The notes beneath the pieces were generated by a model. That model was not told where the DNA came from, made no database searches, and saw only the letters and a list, made by a program, of their open reading frames with translations. This document shows positions 10,189 to 18,800 of a stretch of 64,000 bases of DNA, one piece after another. The DNA comes from a virus, in IMG/VR virus record IMGVR_UViG_3300035698_016731, positions 1 through 64,000 of that record. One strand, written 5' to 3'. Within the stretch, counting starts at the first letter, position 1. Every line of letters begins with the position of its first letter. The translations under genes were made by a program, and so were the position numbers.

Positions 10189-11370
10189 ATGAAAGTATAT
10201 GAAGGCAAAAGAGTACCAATAAAATGTTGGTGTAATAATCCAGAACAAGGAGCATTAAACCAGGCACAGAACTTAGCAAGTCTACCTTTTGTCTTTAAAC
10301 ATATCTGTCTTCTGCCTGACACTCATCAAGGTTATGGTATGCCTATTGGTGGGGTTATTGCATGTAAACAAATAGTTATCCCAAATGCTGTAGGAGTAGA
10401 CATTGGCTGTGGAATGTGTGCAGTACAAACCTCATTAACAGAAATAACTCAAGAACAAATTAAAAAGATTTTTGGAGGCAGCAAAGAAAATCATGGAGGT
10501 ATTAGAAGTGCAATCCCTGTAGGATTTAATCACCATAGTAAAAAACAAGAATGGGAAGGCTTTGAAGAACACCCTGATATTCCAATTATAAATCAGGAAA
10601 TTGAATCATCTAAAAAACAACTTGGGACTCTTGGTGGAGGAAATCACTTTATAGAAATACAAAAAGGAAGTGATGGATATATCTGGATTATGCTTCATTC
10701 TGGAAGTAGAAATTTCGGCTTAAAGATAGCAAAAACTTATAACCGAATAGCTACTAATTTATGTAACAGATGGTTTTCAAATATACCTCCAATAAAAGGA
10801 GAGGATGGTCTTGCTTTTCTTCCTATAGAGACAAAGGAAGCTAAAGACTATTTGTCTGCTATGAACTATGCTTTAAAATTTGCTCTTGAAAATAGAAAGA
10901 AGATGATGAGTGTAATAAAATATGAATTTAATGAAGTAACTGATTGTTTTTTTGACCAGGAAATAAATATCCATCATAACTATGCTAAGTATGAAAATCA
11001 TTTTGGAAAGAATGTTATTATTCACAGAAAAGGTGCTACTTCAGCAAGATTAGGAGAATATGGAATCATACCAGGAAGTCAGGGAACAGCATCATATATA
11101 GTAAAAGGTAAAGGCAATCCAGAAAGTTTCAATTCTTGTTCTCATGGTGCAGGTCGGACAATGAGCAGAAGTAGAGCCAAAAAAGAACTTAATTTAGAAG
11201 AAGAGCAGAAAAAATTAAATGATAAAGGTATTATACATTCTATCAGAAATGCTAAAGACTTAGATGAAGCAAGCTCTGCATATAAAGATATTGATTTAGT
11301 TATGCAAGAACAAGATGACCTTGTTGAAATAGTTGTTAAACTTGAACCTCTGGCTGTAATAAAAGCATAA
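10189..11370 (+). CDS. rtcB: RtcB RNA 2',3'-cyclic phosphate/5'-OH ligase
   Basis: PDTHQGYGMPIG, GVDIGCG, GTLGGGNHFIE, HSGSR, HHN, HRKGAT, PGSQG, SHGAGR, DEA..AYK. Confidence 0.97.
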   Translation: MKVYEGKRVPIKCWCNNPEQGALNQAQNLASLPFVFKHICLLPDTHQGYGMPIGGVIACKQIVIPNAVGVDIGCGMCAVQTSLTEITQEQIKKIFGGSKENHGGIRSAIPVGFNHHSKKQEWEGFEEHPDIPIINQEIESSKKQLGTLGGGNHFIEIQKGSDGYIWIMLHSGSRNFGLKIAKTYNRIATNLCNRWFSNIPPIKGEDGLAFLPIETKEAKDYLSAMNYALKFALENRKKMMSVIKYEFNEVTDCFFDQEINIHHNYAKYENHFGKNVIIHRKGATSARLGEYGIIPGSQGTASYIVKGKGNPESFNSCSHGAGRTMSRSRAKKELNLEEEQKKLNDKGIIHSIRNAKDLDEASSAYKDIDLVMQEQDDLVEIVVKLEPLAVIKA

Positions 11371-11384
11371 GGAGATAGAAGATA

Positions 11385-11585
11385 ATGTATAAAGTAAAAC
11401 CAGCCGAAAAAATAGCTTGTTTCCGATGTGGGAAGAATGGAATGGAAGCTAACTTACAATTTCAAGAAGTAATTAGACATGAAAAAGAAATAGGTCGACT
11501 GTATATCTGTAAACCTTGTGAGACTAAACACAAAGAATATAGTGATGTATTACTATTAGCGAGTGGGATTGATGAGAATAAATAG
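11385..11585 (+). CDS. small zinc-ribbon protein
   Basis: CxxC...CxxC, RBS. Confidence 0.6.
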   Translation: MYKVKPAEKIACFRCGKNGMEANLQFQEVIRHEKEIGRLYICKPCETKHKEYSDVLLLASGIDENK

Positions 11586-12003
11586 TAAATTCAAACATTT
11601 CTTTACTGGGGGAGGCAAGGAAGGCAAAGAGCACAAAATCACAGAACAAGATTTTGAAAAGATAGAGAAGCCTCATGTAAAGTCTAAACCAAAAAAGAAG
11701 AAGAAAAAGAAATACATCTTTGATGGGTATATTTGTCCTTTCTGTAAAAAAGAACTTGAATATGCTGCAGTAAGTGATAAGCCAAAATGGTTTGGTAATT
11801 GGATGAGGAAGAGAAAAAGCTATTGTAAGGAGTGTGGAGCTTTAGAAGTAAAAGAAGGTTGTCCTGCTTGTCATAGAGATATATGGTACCATAATGGAAT
11901 GTTTACCCATCAACATAGTGGTTGTGGTTATAAAGGGGTAGGTGTGTTTGAGGATAGGTTAAAAGTTCTGGAACAAATAAGAGAAAATAAAAGAAATGAG
12001 TAA
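11572..12003 (+). CDS. multi-CxxC zinc-ribbon protein
   Basis: CPFC, CKEC, CPAC, poly-Lys. Confidence 0.6.
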   Translation: MRINSKFKHFFTGGGKEGKEHKITEQDFEKIEKPHVKSKPKKKKKKKYIFDGYICPFCKKELEYAAVSDKPKWFGNWMRKRKSYCKECGALEVKEGCPACHRDIWYHNGMFTHQHSGCGYKGVGVFEDRLKVLEQIRENKRNE

Positions 12004-12337
12004 TTCATTAGAAAGTAAAATTATAGCGAAAGAGATTGTGAACTATTGCAAAGAAAATAACTGTTTTGAAAAGTTATTGGATTTGTATGCTACTGAAAAT
12101 CCTGATATGTTTATTGATTTTGTTCATCATATTGTTACAGCAAAATTTGAATTTGTAAGAGATGAAAATATTCGAGATGTTTACAATATTCTTGCTTGGC
12201 ACAGTACTTGTTTGGGTATAAAAGATGAATTAAAAAAATTAGGAAAAGACGATAAAATGTTTCCAAATGAGCTAACAGAGAAAGAAAGAACTATATTTAG
12301 TGAATGGCATAAGAATAAAAGAAAGGAGAGTGAATGA
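11996..12337 (+). CDS. hypothetical protein
   Basis: overlapping operon ORF. Confidence 0.6.
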   Translation: MSNSLESKIIAKEIVNYCKENNCFEKLLDLYATENPDMFIDFVHHIVTAKFEFVRDENIRDVYNILAWHSTCLGIKDELKKLGKDDKMFPNELTEKERTIFSEWHKNKRKESE

Positions 12338-12472
12338 TGATAGTTATATTAGCTTGGTGGGTAGTAGGATTTCTTTTTACATTAGGATTCATTAAAACTA
12401 GCAATAAGAATATACATTATATGGAAGATTTTTGGGGGTTCTTCTTGTGGCCAATGTTTTGGGGAAGCTTAG

Positions 12473-12742
12473 TTGCAACTCACTTATATGATAATGAGGA
12501 TAACAAATAAAATGAAATACTATATGATAATTAGTAAAAAAAGCAAAAAGCTTCCTACAGTCAAAGGAGATTGCTGTGCTGGGCTTTATGGGACTAAAGA
12601 TGCTGCACAAAGTTGGTTGGGAGATACTGTTGAAAGTAAAAATTGGATAGTTGTACCAGTTGGAGTAGAAATAATAGAAGAACTTGTTATAAGTAAAAGT
12701 ATGGCTAAGAGATTATCTATTCAAAGAGGTGAGAGATGTTAG
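12473..12742 (+). CDS. hypothetical protein (start uncertain)
   Basis: ORF in operon. Confidence 0.45.
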   Translation: MQLTYMIMRITNKMKYYMIISKKSKKLPTVKGDCCAGLYGTKDAAQSWLGDTVESKNWIVVPVGVEIIEELVISKSMAKRLSIQRGERC

Positions 12743-13011
12743 AAGAAACAAGAGGCACTATAAGAAGGGGAGAATATCACCCAGCTGCAGCTGCTGCTAT
12801 GGCTTATATGAAAACTTTATCCTTGATTACATTAACTATGTATTTGGAATCTTTTTCTAGTTGTGCTATTGAAGGAAATAGATTGGGAGAAATTTGTAGT
12901 GAAACACTTAATAGATTAATGAAAGGTGACCCAATTAGCGACAGATACCTTTTGGGTTTGGCTTGGACAATTAAAAGTATGGAAGAGAATAATGAAGAAA
13001 TTAATCTTTGA
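12736..13011 (+). CDS. hypothetical protein
   Basis: RBS GAGGTG. Confidence 0.6.
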   Translation: MLEETRGTIRRGEYHPAAAAAMAYMKTLSLITLTMYLESFSSCAIEGNRLGEICSETLNRLMKGDPISDRYLLGLAWTIKSMEENNEEINL

Positions 13012-13036
13012 ATGGCTAGAAAAAAAATAAAAAAAT

Positions 13037-13070
13037 AACACTTTACTTTTCGTAAATAACAGAATATAAT
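13037..13070 (+). promoter_or_regulatory. promoter AACAC-TTTACT-N17-TATAAT (copy 3, upstream of the 13096 gene, RNA array and TerD-like gene)
   Basis: TTTACT 13042-13047, TATAAT 13065-13070, A-tract upstream. Confidence 0.82.
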
Positions 13071-13095
13071 AGGTTTATAGAGTAGGAGAGATAGA

Positions 13096-13413
13096 ATGAT
13101 AGAAGTTGACAACAAAGTAATATTTGGTTGCTATGATACTTTTTTTGCAGAAGCTAAAGAAGTATTTATAAAAAAAGATATTGATTATGGAAAACATTGG
13201 TTGAATAGTAGATTTAAAAATGGTATGCATTTACTAGTTCATATGGAAGGAAAAGTATCTCGATTGATAAATCTTCTTGAAAATGATGGTGACCCTAATT
13301 TTGAGAGTGTACATGATTCATGTATAGACTTAGCTAATTTTAGTAATATGTTAGATATGTATTTGAAAATAAAGGAGAGTGAATTCGAAGATAAAGAGAT
13401 ACTACAAATATAA
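13096..13413 (+). CDS. DUF1599 / nucleotide-modification-associated all-alpha (MazG-like) protein
   Basis: KK..DYG, K..RL..L, ES..D..IDLAN pattern. Confidence 0.7.
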   Translation: MIEVDNKVIFGCYDTFFAEAKEVFIKKDIDYGKHWLNSRFKNGMHLLVHMEGKVSRLINLLENDGDPNFESVHDSCIDLANFSNMLDMYLKIKESEFEDKEILQI

Positions 13414-13414
13414 T

Positions 13415-13914
13415 AAGACAAAGAGAGTTCCTATTAACCTGACTTGAAATCAAAAATACTCTCCGTCTTTTAAATAGTGAAGACATAAGAAGTTCCTAAA
13501 CGACAATACTCTGATAATGTAAATACTTCTCGTCTTCATAAAAATTGAGGCATAAAAAGTTCCTAAACAACTTTCATTTGGAGAAAAAATACTTTTCGCC
13601 TCCCTAAAAAATTGAGACAAAAAAAGTTCCTATTAAAAAATAATCTGCCTAACCAGCAGACTCGAAAGATACTTTTCGTCTCATTAAAAAGGGAGATTTT
13701 TAAAGACAGAAAAAGTTCCTAATAACCGACAGAGCCTTCCTTTTAGGTTGGCTGTGCCACTGAAATACTTTTCGTCTTTTTAAAAAAATTTAAGACATAA
13801 GAAGTTCCTATATATATCGGAACTGGCTAACCACCAGTCTAAATACTTCTCGTCTTTTGAAAATAAAAACAAACTAAGGCAAAAAAAGTTCCTATCTGGT
13901 TACTTTTAGCCTTA
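13415..13914 (+). ncRNA. tandem array of 7 structured RNA units with constant bulged-stem scaffold and variable tRNA-anticodon-arm-like payloads
   Basis: units at 13415-13469, 13478-13538, 13547-13602, 13613-13683, 13702-13779, 13792-13856, 13875-13914; invariant AGTTCCTA...TACT; compensatory changes in both helices; A/T-rich linkers; no ORF. Confidence 0.85.
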
Positions 13915-13933
13915 CCACTAAAGGAGGGATGTG

Positions 13934-15838
13934 ATGAAGTCAACCATCAATCTATTCAAAGCTCTTCCTATCACAAAGAAAGGGAAGAAAAATGCCAACC
14001 GACTAATTCTTGAAGAGACTATAAAAAGAGGATTTGTATTCTCTCCTGAAGTAGTTAAGAATTACTCTGAAGCAGAGTTGCTCCAGTTAATCAAAGTTGT
14101 TGAGAAAGAAGTAGGCTTGACAGCAGGACAGATGAATGCTTCTTTCCATAAGTCTTGGAAGAAAGTTCAAGAAGCCAGTATCGAGCAATTAGTCATGGAA
14201 CAGTTGATTCACTATATGACTACCTATGGCTTTGAAAGAATGGGGATATATGATGAGAGTACAGTCTTTATTCCTGTTGAAGAGTTGGATATTCCTGAAA
14301 CAAAGTTAGACCAAATAAAACTAACTGTAATAAAAGGATATACTAAAGATGAATTGAAAGTAAAGTTGTTAGACTTTCTGGATACAGGAATTGCTTTAAA
14401 AGAGGAAACAAAGAAAGATGTTATAGATGTTTCTACTTTTGTAGATGTAGAGACTAATGACCTTGAAAAAGTGAAAAATAAAGAAGTTCGGATAGCTCTA
14501 TATGATTATTTAGATATATTTCCTAAGAGTCCTGTAGAGTTCCTACGTTATGCTATTTATAAGTCTACCAATAAGACTCTTCTCATTAAAGACAAAATGA
14601 CTATAGCTGAGATAAAGTCTAAAGATAACCTTCAGACTCTTGCTCTTTTCAACAAATATAAAAAGAAATATGGTTTAGAAAGATTGAGTGAAATATTCTA
14701 TCGCTTTAAACCTCTCTTCCTTGCTTTTAAAACCAATACCAGATTAGGAAGTATAATAAACCGAATCAGAAAGCTTGCTCCAAAGAACCATAAGCCTCTT
14801 CCAGAAGATTATCTGAACACAGTTACGGCTCGGATAAAGAAAGGAAAGAAGCTTAATACAGTAGAATTAGAAAGGTGTTTAGAAAAAGCAAATACCTTCA
14901 GAAAGATAAGGTTAGCTTATGCTTTGAAGTTCCGTACTATTGGTGCTGATTCTATTCTATATCGAATAAGGAATGGTAAAGGATTTGCAAAAGCATTTGA
15001 GCCATCTAATAGTATGGTTTCTAATATGATTTTAGCACAAGTCTTACACTCTATTGCTAAAAGTGTAAAGGAAAATGTAAAGGGGAAGAAAATCTATATC
15101 CCTGATTATATAGACTATGCTCTTCCTGCTACAGAGAAGATGTTTACAGGAGACTTTCCTTCAGGTACTTGTGTAACAGTTCCTAACAATATGATTCTAG
15201 GAGTACAGTGGTTCAATCTTAAAGGTCAGAGAATAGACCTTGACCTATCTTTGCAGAATCCTGAACTTGGGAAGATAGGATGGGATAGAAGTTATCGGAC
15301 TGATGATAGAAAAATCTTATTCTCTGGAGATGTAACAGATGCTCCTAAACCAAAGGGAGCTTCTGAACTCTTCTATATTAAGAAACAGTTTAACCAGGAT
15401 ATGATTCTGGTAGTAAACTATTTTAATCATGACAAAGCACAGAATGCTGAAGTTCCTTTTAAAATCCTAGTTGCTCAAGAGGAAGTAGCAAGATTTGGAA
15501 AGAACTATACTGTTGACCCAAATAATGTACTATCTGTATCTAAGACTTCCATAAATAAATCACAGAAGATATTAGGTCTACTTTCCATTACTGAAAAGGA
15601 ATGTAAGTTTTACTATGCTGAAGCTAATATAGGAAAGTCTATAACCTCTTATGGAGCTGACTATATGGAACACAGTAGAAAATACCTTTTCCAGTTCTAT
15701 AAAAATACTATAGGATTGAAAGGTATTCTCGAATATGCTGGTGCAACAGTAGTTGGGGATAAGGAAGAATGTGATATAGATATTGACCTTTCTCCTGAGA
15801 CATTAGAGAAAGATACTATAATCAATCTGTTGAAATAA
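13934..15838 (+). CDS. large helical protein with C-terminal TerD-like domain; candidate partner of the RNA array
   Basis: RIDLDLS, IGWD, FSGDVTDAP..GASE, VVNYF resemble TerD-family motifs; basic, helical-looking N-terminal ~380 aa; RBS AAGGAGGG at 13921-13928. Confidence 0.7.
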   Translation: MKSTINLFKALPITKKGKKNANRLILEETIKRGFVFSPEVVKNYSEAELLQLIKVVEKEVGLTAGQMNASFHKSWKKVQEASIEQLVMEQLIHYMTTYGFERMGIYDESTVFIPVEELDIPETKLDQIKLTVIKGYTKDELKVKLLDFLDTGIALKEETKKDVIDVSTFVDVETNDLEKVKNKEVRIALYDYLDIFPKSPVEFLRYAIYKSTNKTLLIKDKMTIAEIKSKDNLQTLALFNKYKKKYGLERLSEIFYRFKPLFLAFKTNTRLGSIINRIRKLAPKNHKPLPEDYLNTVTARIKKGKKLNTVELERCLEKANTFRKIRLAYALKFRTIGADSILYRIRNGKGFAKAFEPSNSMVSNMILAQVLHSIAKSVKENVKGKKIYIPDYIDYALPATEKMFTGDFPSGTCVTVPNNMILGVQWFNLKGQRIDLDLSLQNPELGKIGWDRSYRTDDRKILFSGDVTDAPKPKGASELFYIKKQFNQDMILVVNYFNHDKAQNAEVPFKILVAQEEVARFGKNYTVDPNNVLSVSKTSINKSQKILGLLSITEKECKFYYAEANIGKSITSYGADYMEHSRKYLFQFYKNTIGLKGILEYAGATVVGDKEECDIDIDLSPETLEKDTIINLLK

Positions 15839-15845
15839 GGAAAAC

Positions 15846-18800
15846 ATGAGTAGAGACTTTTGCCACCTACACTTGCATGACGAGTTCTCTATACTGGATG
15901 GTCTTGGACATCCCTCAGACTATGCAACGAGAGCTAAAGAACTTGGGCAGAAATACATCGCTCAGACTAATCATGCGAGTATGGGTGGTCTTTATAGATT
16001 CCATATTGCAGTTACTAAAGAGAAAATAAAACCAATTCTTGGACAAGAGTTATATTATGTAGATTCCCTAGAAGATAAAGGAGCAAGACGGCACCATCTC
16101 ATTCTTCTAGCTAAGAATCAGAAAGGCATAGAAAGTCTCAACTCTCTTATCACCATAGGTAATGAACCAGAAAACTATTATCGTAGACCTCGTGTAACTA
16201 TAGATATGATTTGTAAATACTCTAAGGGTTTAGTCTGTGCTACAGCTTGTGTTGCTGGTCCATTGGGAAAAGAAAATGGAGAAAAGGATTTTAGAAAACT
16301 ACTTGAGTGTTTTGCTGAAGATTTATATTTAGAGATTCAACCTCATGTTTGGAATGAACAATCTCTCTTAAATCAACAAGCCTATAGATACTGGAAAAAA
16401 TATGGAAGTAAAGTAATAGCCACTAATGATTGTCATTATGTATTAAAAAAGCATGCTACTTCTCATGAAGTCCTCTTAGCAATACAAAGAAAAGCTAAAT
16501 GGGGTGACCCAAAACGTTGGAAGTTTGACATCAGAGACCTCTATCTTAAAAGCCGAGAAGAAATGTTAGATGACTTCCAAAGAATGGAAAACAAATTTAA
16601 GACAGATTTACCTAATAAATTCTATATAGAATCCCTAGAAAACACCATGCTAGTGGCGTCATCGTGTCACTTTAAGCTTAAAGACCTGCCTCTTAACCTT
16701 CCTAGTGTAAACGACTCGGATTGGACTGATGATGAGCTTTTTAAGAAGAAATGTCTTCAAGGATATAAAAAGAGATTTGACTTTAAAAAGGACAGTCCTG
16801 AATATTTGAGATATAAGAAAAGATTACAATTTGAAATAAGAACCATTATTGAAGGTGGTTTTAGTAGATATTTTTTAATAGTTCTGGATTTAGTAGAGTG
16901 GGCAAGGCGAGAGGATATAATGGTTGGACCAGGCAGAGGTTCTGTGAGCTCATCCCTAGCCAGTTATTGCTTAGGAATTTCTGGTATTGACCCAATTCAC
17001 TACGGACTTATATTCTCTCGCTTCATATCTCCAGACCGAATAGACCTTCCAGATATTGATATTGATTTTGAAGATAGGAAAAGAGATAGAGTTGTGACCT
17101 ATCTTACTGAGAAGTATGGAGAGAAGTGTGTAAGTGGAGTAATTACTTTCGCTAACATGAAGGGCAAGATGGCTATTAAAGATGTAGCTAGGGTGTTTGA
17201 TGTTAGCATAAAGGAAACAAATGATGCAACAAAAATGATAGTTACTCGGAGTACAGGAGATGCAAGAGCAGATTTCTCCATAGATGATAGCTTTAAAGTA
17301 TTTGAAGAATGCATAAAATATAAAAAGAAACATCCAGAAGTAATTAAACACGCCACAGTTTTAGAAGGAAATATCCGACAAGTCGGTCAACATGCTGCAG
17401 GAGTTGTTGTCTCAGGAGATGAGATTGTGCCGAAACGTGCAGCCATTCTTCGAGGTTCTAAGGGTAAGATACTCTGTTATGATAAAGATGACTTAGATAG
17501 AATTGGATTGATGAAGTTAGATATTTTGGGATTAAGAACCTTGAGCATACTTAATGACGTACAACATTTGGTTAAAGATAGACTTGGAGAAGTTCTGGAC
17601 TTTGAGAAGATAGATGTAGGAGATGAAGAAGTGTTGAAGATGTTTGGAGAAGGAGACACTATTGGAGTCTTTCAATTTGAATCTAAGGGTATGGCTAAAC
17701 TTTGTAAAAGATTAGCTCCAATAGAAAATTTTGATATGTTAATTGACGCTAATGCTCTCCATAGACCTGGTTGTATTAAGTCTGGAACTATGAGCAGATA
17801 TGAAGATGTAAGACATGGACGCAAAAAACCTGACTATATTATTCCTTATATGAAAAAGATAACTGAACCAACTCGTGGTATAGTTCTTTATCAAGAGCAA
17901 ATTATGCAAACTATGGTTTTCCTTGCAGGATTTGGTTGGAAAACTACTGACATGATTAGAAAAGTGGTTAGTAAAAGTAAGGGAGATGAATTGTTTGGAA
18001 AGTTTGAAGAAGAATTTGTAGCGAAGTGTAAAGAAAAAAGAAACATTTCTCCAAAGCTATCCAGAAAACTTTTTAAAGAGATTCAGACTTTTGGAAGTTA
18101 TGGATTTAACAAATGTATATGTGGTGATACTAAAGTGTTAAGGGCATCTTGGTACAAAGGAAATAATGCATATTCTATTAAACATTTGTGGAAAATAGTT
18201 AATAATATAGAATATGCGAAAGAAGTCCATGGTCTTTCTTTAAGAAGCAAATTAAGAACTTATGGATATGGTTTTATATTAAGTCAGCATAAAAATGGAA
18301 GAATAAAACCTAATAAAATTATAGATATATATTATAATGGAGAGAAAGAAGTATATGAAATAGAAACTGTTGGAGGAGATTTTGTAGAAGCTACTTTAGA
18401 CCATAGATTTTTAACAAGTAAAGGTTGGAAAAAATTAGAAGATATTGAAATAGGAGATAAAGTAGCCTTTATAGGAGACTATGAAAAATCTAATATCAGA
18501 TATAACTTTACCAATGGAAATTTTAAGTTAAACTCTAAAAAAGGTAAAGAAGGATTTCAAGAAAAACCTAATGGGCAGTCTGTTAAATTTCAGAGGATAA
18601 GAAAAGATTATCTTAAAAAGTTTGGAAATAAATGTATGGAATGTGGGAAGGAACACAAAAGAATAGAAACTGCTCACTTAGATGGAAATAGATTAAACAA
18701 CAAGAAAAGTAATTTAAAAAATCTTTGTCCAAGGTGTCATAAAGTTCATGATTATTCTTTAGGAAGGAAAAAGAAATGGGACAAAGGCAGACCTACTATA

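Noticed and set aside
13415-13914. CRISPR array
   Set aside because: Repeats are not identical, the variable segments (6-44 nt) lie inside the hairpin between two complementary half-repeats, and no cas gene is recognisable in the window.
13415-13914. True tRNA gene cluster
   Set aside because: No cloverleaf, D arm or GTTCRA T arm; only anticodon-arm-like hairpins.
13415-13914. Series of intrinsic terminators, or a TIGR-type / box C/D guide array
   Set aside because: Loops are large with a conserved TCCTA, most units lack a U-tract, no box C/D motifs are evident, unit length varies, and the neighbouring protein shows no Nop-domain signature that I can see.
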